DNA from: an uncultured delta proteobacterium
GTDB lineage: Bacteria; Myxococcota_A; Polyangia; Polyangiales; Polyangiaceae
Length of the DNA: 64,000 nt
Assembly: GCA_963782055.1 (NCBI GenBank)
Contig: CAWAIF010000003.1
Coordinates: 3,680,001-3,744,000 of the forward strand
Direction: 5' to 3'
Below are positions 31,576 to 40,549 of this stretch, piece after piece (within the stretch, counting starts at the first letter, position 1; each line of letters opens with the position of its first letter). Position numbers and translations under genes: made by a program. The notes beneath the pieces were generated by a model. The model did no database searches and had not been told where the DNA came from. It worked only from the letters and a program-made list of their open reading frames with translations.

Positions 31576-34500
31576 GTGCCTCGCTTCCTCCTCCGGGTCG
31601 CCCTCGCCATCGGCGCGCTCGGCCTCGGCTGCACGGTCGACACCATCCCCGACGGCCTCCGGACCACCCCGCCCGGTGACGGCCCCACCGTCGTCTTCGA
31701 TCTCACGCGCCGGCCGCTGCCGGAGATCCCGGCGCCCAACGACGTCGCCACCTTCGCCGACCCGACGAGCCGCACCGGCCGCCGCATCAACGTCAGCCTG
31801 GTGGCGCCGACGGAGCTGGAACAGTCGGCGCGCGACGGCTTCAGCGAGATGGAGGGCTGGGGCACCTTCGCGCCCATCAGCGTGTCCTTCACGCGCGGCA
31901 AGGGCACGCCCGCCGGCCAGCCCGCCATCGACCTGGAGCGCGTGCGCGCGCACATGCGCCGCGACGGCCACGACTTCACCGACGACCCGGTCTACGTCAT
32001 CAACCTGCGCACCGGCGTCCCGGTGATGCTCGACGTGGGCGACGGCAACTTCCCGGTGCCCATCCGCGATCAGGACAACTACTACGCCAACGATCCGCGC
32101 GCCTCCGAGCAGAACATCGTGCTGGAGACCGCCGAGGAGGGCGCGGGCAAGACCGCCTACGACCCGGCGCTGGACACCGACTTCGACGGCGTGCTCGATC
32201 ACCCCGACACCCTGGCCAGCCTCATGCCCGCAACCGGTGGGGTCCACGGCGTCGACGACCTGCTCACCTTCTACGAGCGCGAGACCGACACGCTGATCCT
32301 GCGGCCGCTCTTGCCGATGGACGAGAAGACGGAGTACGCGGTGGTCCTCACCGACAGGCTCGTGGACGCGCAGGGGCGGCCGGTGCGCTCCCCCTTCGAC
32401 CTCGTCTACCACCCGACGCAGGTGGAGGCCGCCGCGCAGGTGAAGGCGATCCTGGGGGACGCCTCGCGCGCCAACTACTACGGCGACCTCGCCGGCACCG
32501 GCCTCGACCACGTGGCCTTCACCTGGTCCTTCACCACCGCCCCGGCCACCGAGGACCTGCGCCTGCTGCGCGACGGCATGTTCGGGCAGGGCCCCTTCGC
32601 CCGCCTGGCGACCGACTTCCCGCCGAAGGTCTCCATCTTCCGGGCGGCGGGGCTCACGCGCGACGTGAACGACGAGCCCGCGTGGAAGACCGACCCGCGG
32701 TGCCAGACCGTCTCCCCCACGCCCTACGTCGTGCACATCCCCGACGTGATGGAGATGCTCCACCAGGTCGTCGGCCGCGTCTTCTCCCTCAGCGGCCCGG
32801 AGGAGACCGCGCTCGAAGACTCCCTGAAGAACGTCGACCACTTCGTCATCGGCACCTACCCCCTGCCTTACTTCCTGGGCGACGACCCGGCGCACGAGCA
32901 GCCCACGAGCCGCTTCCACCTCAACTACCGGACCGGCGAGGGCCGGGTGACGACCGACGTCGGCCACTTCTGGCTGAGCGTGCCCAAGGCGCGCGGCGCG
33001 ATGAAGCAGCCCTTCCCCACCGTGGTGTGGGGCCACGGCACCACCCTCAACGGCGCCGAGATCCTCATCCGCGCGGGCTACTTCGCCCGCCAGGGGCTGG
33101 CGGTGATGGGCTTCGACGGCCCCGGCCACGGCCTGGTGCTCGATCAGGGCACGCAGATCCTCGCGCAGGGCCTGCTCTACAACGCGTGCCTGGTGCCGTG
33201 GATCGACGCGCTGACGAGCGGGCGCGCGCACGACCTGGACGGCGACGGCGTGGCGGATCCCGGCGGCCTGCTGTGGACGGCGAACATCTTCCACTCCCGC
33301 GACAACATCCGGCAGACGGTGCTCGACGGCATCCAGGCCGGGCGCGTCCTCATGAGCTTCGACGGACGCGTGGGCGACCAGGACTACAACGACGACGGCA
33401 AGCCGGAGCTCGCCGGCGACTTCGACGCCGACGGGACGCCGGACGTGGGCGGCCCCCTCTTCTCCTCCGGCGACTCCTACGGCGGCATCTTCGCGCAGAT
33501 CCACGCCGCGCTGGACCCCAACGTCGTGGCCGGCGGGTCCATCTCCGGCGGCGGCGGCCTCACCGACGTCGCCGCGCGCTCCTACGGCGTCGTCGACTCG
33601 GTCATCGAGCAGATCATCACCCCGCTCGTCATCGCCGTACCCGCGAGCGAGCGCTCCTCCAGCCCCAAGCCCGGCTCCACCGTGTGCAAGAGCACGCAGC
33701 GGAGCGTGCGGCTGGTGGTCAACGATCTCACCCACTCGCGCGAGATCGAGATCGCGTGCCTGGACCCGGGCGATCTCGGCCCGGGCATGACGGTGCTCGT
33801 GCACGACCCCGACGACGGCGAGACACGCTGCGCGCGCACCGGCCCGGACGGCCGCTTCCGGATGCCCATCCCCGCGAGCGCCAACGACCGCCTGCAGGTC
33901 CAGATCTTCGGGGAGCCCGACGCGGTCGACAGCTACGGGTCCTGCGTGGTGAAGGCGGACGCGCCGGTGGGCCGCGCCATCACCACCTTCGAGCAGCCGG
34001 CGGCGGCGTACCGACCGGTGGCGGACGCCTCGCAGCAGTGCCCCGACCCAGCAGGGTGCCAGCAGTACCGCACGACGTACTACCCGGTGGGATCGGTGCT
34101 GCGCACGCCGCAGGGCGGCCTGGGCCTGCGCCGGCAGACGCCGGAGGTGCGCAAGCTGCTGCAGCTCACGCAGGCCGCGCTGGAGCCCGCCGATCCCATC
34201 AACTACGCGCCGCTCTACATGCTGCGGCCCAACATCCTGCCCGACGGCTCGGTCGCCCCGCCCAAGCCCTTCCTGGACTCCATGACGGTGGCGGACGGCT
34301 TCGTCGTGGTGGCGACAGGGCACGCCTTCGCGCGGGCGATGGGCGCCCTCCCCTTCCTGCCGCCCGACGCCCTCGCCCGGATGCCCGACTACGCCGACTA
34401 TGTCACGCCGAAGGCGCTCTACGATCAGCTCGGCGGCAAGACCCCCAACGACGTCCTCATCGAGCACCACGCGCTGGAGGGCGTCGCGCGGCTGGCGCGT

Positions 34501-34992
34501 GAGCCCGCCGGGCCGAGCTGCGCGCCCAACTACGTCGAGAGCGCGGACTGCACCGGCTCCACCAAGCCTGACCCCACCACGTGCGCCGACACCGTCTTCG
34601 ACCCCGACTGGCACGCCGAGGGGCGCGATCTGTACGCCGCGCAGCACCCGGCGATGCCGCTGCGCCTCGCCCGGGAGGCCACCATGCGGGCCACCGACCC
34701 CGATAGCCTCGCCGCCTCGTGGGCGCCGCGGCTGCTGGGCGTCCCCTTCTCCGACGACGGCGGCTACACCCCGGCCGAGCCGCTCGTGGGCATGATGGAC
34801 GCGTACATCAGCCCGAAGGGCGAGCACGTGTGGACCACCGCCAACCCGTGCAAGGCGTGGGACGACGCGGTCTACTACGACGGCGTCCTCGCCCGCTTCT
34901 TCGCCTCGCGCGGGACCGACCTCTACTACCTGTCACACCCCAGGACCCACCAGTGCTTGATGGATCAATCGTGCGACTTCCTTCAGCCCTGA
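31576..34992 (+). CDS. Large lipoprotein with alpha/beta-hydrolase core, paralog 2
   Basis: Lipobox LGLGC; colinear with 26159-29608 (CTVDTIPD, PNDVATFADPTSRTGRRIN); WGHG, GDSYGG, ADGFV, GEHVW. Confidence 0.75.
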   Translation: MPRFLLRVALAIGALGLGCTVDTIPDGLRTTPPGDGPTVVFDLTRRPLPEIPAPNDVATFADPTSRTGRRINVSLVAPTELEQSARDGFSEMEGWGTFAPISVSFTRGKGTPAGQPAIDLERVRAHMRRDGHDFTDDPVYVINLRTGVPVMLDVGDGNFPVPIRDQDNYYANDPRASEQNIVLETAEEGAGKTAYDPALDTDFDGVLDHPDTLASLMPATGGVHGVDDLLTFYERETDTLILRPLLPMDEKTEYAVVLTDRLVDAQGRPVRSPFDLVYHPTQVEAAAQVKAILGDASRANYYGDLAGTGLDHVAFTWSFTTAPATEDLRLLRDGMFGQGPFARLATDFPPKVSIFRAAGLTRDVNDEPAWKTDPRCQTVSPTPYVVHIPDVMEMLHQVVGRVFSLSGPEETALEDSLKNVDHFVIGTYPLPYFLGDDPAHEQPTSRFHLNYRTGEGRVTTDVGHFWLSVPKARGAMKQPFPTVVWGHGTTLNGAEILIRAGYFARQGLAVMGFDGPGHGLVLDQGTQILAQGLLYNACLVPWIDALTSGRAHDLDGDGVADPGGLLWTANIFHSRDNIRQTVLDGIQAGRVLMSFDGRVGDQDYNDDGKPELAGDFDADGTPDVGGPLFSSGDSYGGIFAQIHAALDPNVVAGGSISGGGGLTDVAARSYGVVDSVIEQIITPLVIAVPASERSSSPKPGSTVCKSTQRSVRLVVNDLTHSREIEIACLDPGDLGPGMTVLVHDPDDGETRCARTGPDGRFRMPIPASANDRLQVQIFGEPDAVDSYGSCVVKADAPVGRAITTFEQPAAAYRPVADASQQCPDPAGCQQYRTTYYPVGSVLRTPQGGLGLRRQTPEVRKLLQLTQAALEPADPINYAPLYMLRPNILPDGSVAPPKPFLDSMTVADGFVVVATGHAFARAMGALPFLPPDALARMPDYADYVTPKALYDQLGGKTPNDVLIEHHALEGVARLAREPAGPSCAPNYVESADCTGSTKPDPTTCADTVFDPDWHAEGRDLYAAQHPAMPLRLAREATMRATDPDSLAASWAPRLLGVPFSDDGGYTPAEPLVGMMDAYISPKGEHVWTTANPCKAWDDAVYYDGVLARFFASRGTDLYYLSHPRTHQCLMDQSCDFLQP

Positions 34993-35189
34993 CGCTCCTG
35001 CTCGCCGTCGCCCCCTGGCGTGCCGGCGTCCTCGGGTGAGGCCGGCGGCTGCACGCCGGACCAGTCGATGCCGCGCCAGCGGATGTTCTCCGAGCGGGGC
35101 CGGCGGGCGGTGCGCCAGGTCATGCGCATGAGGAACATCGCCACGAAGAAGCCCACAGCGGCGATGAGGACGGGGTAGTGGATCGTCAC
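34983..35189 (-). CDS. Small single-TM hypothetical protein
   Basis: GTG start; YPVLIAAVGFFVAMFLM hydrophobic segment followed by basic residues. Confidence 0.5.
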   Translation of the reverse strand: MTIHYPVLIAAVGFFVAMFLMRMTWRTARRPRSENIRWRGIDWSGVQPPASPEDAGTPGGDGEQERQG

Positions 35190-35287
35190 GCGTCCAAGCC
35201 TAGCACTGCCCGCGCGCCGTCGCCCCGGGCCGGCTCGGGCGTTTGGGCGTGGCACGCGGCGGCGCGTTGTTCTAGCTTTCGCCGGCG

Positions 35288-35791
35288 ATGCGCTACTACG
35301 TCTCGACCGGCGGCAAGCCCGTGGAAGTGGATGTCCGGGAGCTGCCCAGCGGCCAGCTCGAGGTAGCCGTGGACGGCCGCCAGGTCGAGGTGGACGTCGT
35401 CCCCCTGCGCGCCGCCCTCTCGGTGCGCGTCGACGGCGTGGTGGTGGACCTCACCGTCGAGGGCTCTCCCCCGGAGCTCGGCGCTGTCGCCAGCGGCCAC
35501 CGCTCCTACGTGCGCGTGGAGAGCGAGCGCGAGCGCGCCGCCGCCGCCGCGGCCGGCCACCACGGCGGTTCGGGCGAAGGCGTGCTGCGCTCCCCCATGC
35601 CGGGCCGCGTCGTGAAGGTGCTGGTCGCCCCCGGAGACGAGGTGCAGCCCGGACAGCCGGTCGTCGTCATCGAGGCCATGAAGATGGAGAACGAGCTCAA
35701 GGCGAAGGCGAAGGCCACGGTGAGCGCGGTGCACGTCAAGACCGGCGAGGCGGTGGAGGGGAACGCCAAGCTCCTGACCTTCGCGTCGTGA
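35288..35791 (+). CDS. Biotin carboxyl carrier protein subunit
   Basis: SPMPGRVV...EAMKMENE. Confidence 0.92.
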   Translation: MRYYVSTGGKPVEVDVRELPSGQLEVAVDGRQVEVDVVPLRAALSVRVDGVVVDLTVEGSPPELGAVASGHRSYVRVESERERAAAAAAGHHGGSGEGVLRSPMPGRVVKVLVAPGDEVQPGQPVVVIEAMKMENELKAKAKATVSAVHVKTGEAVEGNAKLLTFAS

Positions 35792-36831
35792 GCCGCCTGC
35801 CCCGCCTCCACCTGATCTTCGCGCCCACGCCGGTGGTGCAGCGGCCTGCCCTCTCCGAGCTGATCGGTGTGGACCTGTGGATCAAGCGCGACGACGCCAC
35901 CGGCGGCGCGGAGGCGGGCAACAAGATCCGCAAGCTGGAGCTGCTCCTCGCCGACGCCCTGGCGAAGGGCGCGCGGCACGTGGTCACCTGCGGCGGCATC
36001 CAGTCCAACCACGCGCGCGCGACGGCGCTGGCGTGCGCGGGGCTCGGCCTGGGGTGCACCCTCTTGCTGCGCGTGCAGGAGGGGGCGTCCGGCCCGGAGC
36101 GCGACGCGCCCGCCGGGTCCCTGCCGCGCACCGGCAACGTGCTGCTCGACCGGCTCGCCGGCGCGCGCATCCGCACCATCACCCCCGGGGACTACGCGCA
36201 GCGCGGCGCGTGCATGGCGGCAGTGGCGGCCGAGATCGAGCGGCTCACCGGCGAGCGCGCCCACGTCATCCCGGAGGGCGGCTCCAACGGCATCGGCGCC
36301 CTCGGCTACGTGCTGGCCATGCAGGAGCTCCGCCAGCAGATGGACCTGGGGCTGGCAGGCGGCCGCGCCCCCTTCGACGAGATCGTCCACGCCTGCGGCT
36401 CCGGCGGGACCGCCGCCGGCGTGGCGCTCGGCGCGCGGGCCTCCGGCGTGGCCGATCGCGTCCGCGCGGTGGCCGTCTGCGACGACGAGGCCTACTTCCG
36501 CGGCGTGATCGACGGCATCGTCCGCGAGGCGCGCGCCGTCGGCGCGGGCGCCGGCCTCCTGCTGGAGGCGCCCGCGGAGCTCGTCGTCGACGACCGCTCG
36601 AAGGGCCCGCGCTACGGGGTGATGGACGACGATCAGCTCGCCTTCCTCGTCCGCGTGGCGCGCGCCTCCGGGCTGGTCCTCGATCCCGTCTACACCGGCA
36701 AGGCGCTCTACGGCCTGTGGCGCGCGGTGGAGCGCGGCGACGTCGCGCGCGGCGCACGCGTGCTCTTCCTGCACACCGGCGGGCTGCCCGGCCTGCTGGC
36801 GCAGGGCGACGCCGTGGAGGCCGCGCTGTGA
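35788..36831 (+). CDS. D-cysteine desulfhydrase / ACC deaminase family PLP enzyme
   Basis: KRDD, GNKIRKL, QSNHAR, PEGGS, GSGGT, LDPVYTGKA, FLHTGG. Confidence 0.92.
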   Translation: MSRLPRLHLIFAPTPVVQRPALSELIGVDLWIKRDDATGGAEAGNKIRKLELLLADALAKGARHVVTCGGIQSNHARATALACAGLGLGCTLLLRVQEGASGPERDAPAGSLPRTGNVLLDRLAGARIRTITPGDYAQRGACMAAVAAEIERLTGERAHVIPEGGSNGIGALGYVLAMQELRQQMDLGLAGGRAPFDEIVHACGSGGTAAGVALGARASGVADRVRAVAVCDDEAYFRGVIDGIVREARAVGAGAGLLLEAPAELVVDDRSKGPRYGVMDDDQLAFLVRVARASGLVLDPVYTGKALYGLWRAVERGDVARGARVLFLHTGGLPGLLAQGDAVEAAL

Positions 36832-37613
36832 GCGCCGCGGGCACCACGGCGGTGGACCGCAAGGCGGCCTTCAAGGACACGGCGAAGGTCGCCCTGTGGG
36901 GACTGGCGCTGTTCACGGCGGTCAGCGCGGTGGGCGCGTACCTCTCGCACAACCACTCCGGGGCGATCGTCGCGCAGCTCCTGCTCGCCGAGTTCGGGAC
37001 CGGGAAGCTGGGCGTGGCGTGGTCGGATCCGCTCGCGCCGCTGCCCACCTTCAAGGCCCTCCTGATGCGCGCCCTGCGTGGCATGGGCTACGGCGTCGCG
37101 GTCGCCGCCGTGCTGCTCGGCCTGGTGGTGATGACCCACCGGGCGGACATCCGCGCGGGCAGCCCCGCCATCGCGCCCATCACGATCGGCCTGCTCATGA
37201 CCGCCTTCGCCGCCGCGCGCGACGAGCTGCTGCTGCGCGGCCTGGTCCTGCGCGCCGCCGGGCCGACCGTCGGCCCGTGGGTGAAGCTCGCGCTGTGCGG
37301 GCTCGCCGCGGCGGCCTTCCGCTTCGGCGTCGACCCCTCCGCCGGGCCGTGGGGCGCCGCCTTCTCCGGCCTGCTGGGCGTGGGCCTCGGCGCGCTCTGG
37401 CTGGTCGACCGCGGGGCGTGGCTCGCGGTGGGGGCGAACGCGGCCTACGGCTTCGTCCTCGGCCCGCTGTCGGAGGGCGGCGTGCTGGACGTGCGGCCGC
37501 ACGGGGATACCCCGCTGGACGCGAGCGCGCTGGCGGTGGTCGTGGGGATCGTGGTGGCCGCGTCGGGGATCGCGCTGGTACGGCGGCGGCAAGATCACGC
37601 GGCGAAGAGCTGA
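36828..37613 (+). CDS. CPBP/Abi-like multi-TM membrane protein with degenerate motifs
   Basis: About 8 TM helices; ARDELLLRG resembles EExxxR; GTG overlaps upstream stop. Confidence 0.55.
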   Translation: MSAAGTTAVDRKAAFKDTAKVALWGLALFTAVSAVGAYLSHNHSGAIVAQLLLAEFGTGKLGVAWSDPLAPLPTFKALLMRALRGMGYGVAVAAVLLGLVVMTHRADIRAGSPAIAPITIGLLMTAFAAARDELLLRGLVLRAAGPTVGPWVKLALCGLAAAAFRFGVDPSAGPWGAAFSGLLGVGLGALWLVDRGAWLAVGANAAYGFVLGPLSEGGVLDVRPHGDTPLDASALAVVVGIVVAASGIALVRRRQDHAAKS

Positions 37614-37758
37614 GTTGGCTCAGGACGACGCCGCGCCCGTGTGGAACGCCGACGTCGCGGGAGGATCGGCGTGGCGGGAACGATTGTGCGATAGCGGCAT
37701 ACCTGGTTGATCCTGTCCGAGGATTGACTCTTGCGCGGCGATCACCTGCGGCCTACGG

Positions 37759-39741
37759 TTGAGTCATTGCGCGGGAGGGCGCCGATGGCGAAGCACGTCA
37801 GGTTCCTGGCTCCAGGCTGCTGGCGTTGGCATCTCCGTGTGCGGCGTCCTTACGGCGGTGATGTCCGGGTCTTGTGGACCTCCTGGGCCCGCAGGTCCGG
37901 ACATCCAGATATCGGCCAACAACACGCTCATCTGGGGCCAGAACGTCGGGCTCGATAGCTACTCCTGGGAAGGCCAGGCGCTGGGACCGGTGCCGGGCTT
38001 CTCGCTGGAGAACGCGCAGATCGGGATCCGCTTCCGCGACGTCGAGGAGCAGCAGGCCGTTTCCTTCGTCACGGGCCAGTGCTCGGGGCACATCTGCCCG
38101 AAATTCGTCCTTCGGCGGCGCCCGGAGCTCCACCTGTTCGAGCGAGATCCTCGCGTCCTCTACTCCGCCCTGACCCTCGACCCCCTGGACAACTCGTGGG
38201 GCGCGAACCTCCGGACCGCGGCCAACCAGGACGTCACGGGTGACGTGAACGTGGGCCCGCCCTACGGCCTGCCCGCCGACGTGGTCATCCCCTATGGTGA
38301 GGACTTCACCCTGATCCCGCAGTACCCGACGCAGGTGGCGATCCCGTCTCTCCAGGAGCAGGACTTTCTGCTTGCGCAGAACGGCTCGACGACACAGCTT
38401 TCGGACTGGCTCCCGGACGGCATCCACTCCATCAAGGGCACGCACATCAGGGCCGTTCGGCTGCTTACCCTGCCGGAGTGCTCGACCGCCGTGAACATCC
38501 AGAGAGACGTGTTCAAGCCCCTGGCCGACCAGGTCAACGGCGCGCTCCACTGCAAGCCGACGGAGATCGCCGGCATCTTCAAGGGGGAGGTGTTCCCCAC
38601 GCTCGTCAATCTCTACGCGGCGACGTACCTGACGCACCAGGACCCGACCGCGCCCGAGTCGCAGGCGATCCTCGAACCGGTCAACCCCTGGGAGGGCGTC
38701 TTCGGCGGCATCATGGTGCACGGGCAGGTGTTCGTCCACACGCAGGTCGACTACAATACCCTCAACTTCAACACCGAGGACTGCACGGTCACGTTCACGT
38801 ACGACCTGCGCTACGCCCTCGACGCGGATGGGATCTTCACCGTGACGCCGTACCGCGTGCAGCTCGACAGCACATCGGGCGTCGCCTGCCAGGGGAACTT
38901 CATCACGAACGACAGCGCGAAGCAGACCATCGACGATCTCTTCGAGAAGGACATCCCCAATTTCGCGCGCGGGACCGCGCTGCAGAAGCAGCAGATCTCG
39001 TTTCCATTCCTGAGCAACGGCACGACGCCAAACACCTCATGGGAGTGTCCGTTTCCTGCGCCCGACCCTGCGGCACTCACCGAGCCGGGAGGCAGTTGCT
39101 CGGGCGCTGCTGCGGACTTGGTGTTCAAGGTCGGCAAAGGCACTGGCACCTTGGGCTTCACCGACTCTCAGAAGGCCGCGGTAAACGCCGCGATCAACGA
39201 CTCCAGGAACTGGCGCTGCCGAGCCCCCAACGCGAACGATCTCACGCAACAATGCGCCCACGGGGGCCCGGTCCGGGGCATCTGCGAGTTCGTCGTGCCC
39301 GCCCAGTCGGTCATCGCAGAACCGGACGAGGTCAGGATCGGGTGGGCCCCACTGAACGACTACGAGAGCTCTTCCGAGGTTGGCCCCAGCACCGTCGCGT
39401 TTGCGGGCGCCGTCGCCGCAGGCGACTACAGGGCGCTGTGCACGCCACCAACGGAGGTATCGAGCGCGAGGCCTTTCTACGAGAGGTACTTCGCCACGCT
39501 CAAGCTCGGCCGCCAGCAGTGCACCGAGCCGCCGCCACCGTTACCCCCGCCGCCACCGCTGGTGTGCCCTTGCACGGGCGACAGCGAGTGCGTGAACGGC
39601 GACAAATGCGCCAGCGTCAATGGAACGAAGCAGTGCCTATTCGTTTGCAGGAACGACAATGACTGCGCAGCACGGGGCCTCTACCCGCACTGCTTCACCA
39701 ATACGGCGGTTCCAACATGTGTGCCACTGTCGCCACCGTGA
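37759..39741 (+). CDS. Large Cys-rich putative lipoprotein of unknown function (start uncertain)
   Basis: 660-aa ORF; hydrophobic N-terminus ending MSGSC; poly-Pro linker; Cys-rich tail; more A/T-ending codons than neighbours. Confidence 0.7.
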   Translation: MSHCAGGRRWRSTSGSWLQAAGVGISVCGVLTAVMSGSCGPPGPAGPDIQISANNTLIWGQNVGLDSYSWEGQALGPVPGFSLENAQIGIRFRDVEEQQAVSFVTGQCSGHICPKFVLRRRPELHLFERDPRVLYSALTLDPLDNSWGANLRTAANQDVTGDVNVGPPYGLPADVVIPYGEDFTLIPQYPTQVAIPSLQEQDFLLAQNGSTTQLSDWLPDGIHSIKGTHIRAVRLLTLPECSTAVNIQRDVFKPLADQVNGALHCKPTEIAGIFKGEVFPTLVNLYAATYLTHQDPTAPESQAILEPVNPWEGVFGGIMVHGQVFVHTQVDYNTLNFNTEDCTVTFTYDLRYALDADGIFTVTPYRVQLDSTSGVACQGNFITNDSAKQTIDDLFEKDIPNFARGTALQKQQISFPFLSNGTTPNTSWECPFPAPDPAALTEPGGSCSGAAADLVFKVGKGTGTLGFTDSQKAAVNAAINDSRNWRCRAPNANDLTQQCAHGGPVRGICEFVVPAQSVIAEPDEVRIGWAPLNDYESSSEVGPSTVAFAGAVAAGDYRALCTPPTEVSSARPFYERYFATLKLGRQQCTEPPPPLPPPPPLVCPCTGDSECVNGDKCASVNGTKQCLFVCRNDNDCAARGLYPHCFTNTAVPTCVPLSPP

Positions 39742-40499
39742 AGCGGACGGTAGCATTGCTGGCCATGGCTGCCCTCGCATGCGGCGGGCAGGTAGTGCCA
39801 GGCAACGGTGACGCGGGCGCGGACGGCGCGCCTGACGGTGCCGGGTACACCGACTGCACGTCCCCGAGCGGGTATGCCGTCTGTGGCGGCCCGAACCAAT
39901 GCGACTTCCACAACTGCATCAGCGCTTGCTCTTATGCGATCCCGCCCAGCGACTTCGGCTTCTGCCTTGGTTCGGGGCTACCGGACCCACTGAACGGGAA
40001 GGTCTGCGAACCAGGATATGGCGGCGATGTCTGCATCCTCATTCCCATCATCAACAGCACCACCGGCTGGGCGGATGCACCCTTCGAGATGGGGCCGCTG
40101 TTCGCCTCCAACGGCGCCGCCGACAGGGTCCGCTACGCCGACCTGAGCCTGTGGACGGGTGATCCGGTCCCGGATCCCCAGAGCTGCCCGGACCTCGGGG
40201 GCACACCGGCATGCGGCGGTGCTTGCGGAGCATGCCCGGCGGGGTTCACCTGTCGCGGCAGGTCGCCGCTTCATCCCGTGGGGTTCTGTTCGGACGACTC
40301 GGCGAACTGGGGCGCCAACTGCGGGGCGCCCCCCTCCGTCTATCACGGGGCGTGTCCCAAGTCTCAGGGCTGCTTCACGTATCTGGTGCAACCGGAGGTG
40401 CAGAAGGACGCCGACGACGCGGGCATGTGCCTGCCGATCGACCAGTGCAACGCCCTCGCCGCCGCCATGCCCGGCGGCGCGAAGTGCACGCCGCCGTAG
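39738..40499 (+). CDS. Cys-rich lipoprotein
   Basis: GTGA overlap; lipobox ALAC-GG; DAGADGA linker; many Cys. Confidence 0.75.
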   Translation: MKRTVALLAMAALACGGQVVPGNGDAGADGAPDGAGYTDCTSPSGYAVCGGPNQCDFHNCISACSYAIPPSDFGFCLGSGLPDPLNGKVCEPGYGGDVCILIPIINSTTGWADAPFEMGPLFASNGAADRVRYADLSLWTGDPVPDPQSCPDLGGTPACGGACGACPAGFTCRGRSPLHPVGFCSDDSANWGANCGAPPSVYHGACPKSQGCFTYLVQPEVQKDADDAGMCLPIDQCNALAAAMPGGAKCTPP

Positions 40500-40549
40500 T
40501 CTCGCCGACGGTGACGCGACGGCACGTGGCCTTGGTGTACGATGCCCCC

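Noticed and set aside
37700..37715. TACCTGGTTGATCCTG matches the 5' end of eukaryotic 18S rRNA
   Set aside because: Only 16 nt; the similarity stops immediately and no rRNA follows. Treated as coincidence.
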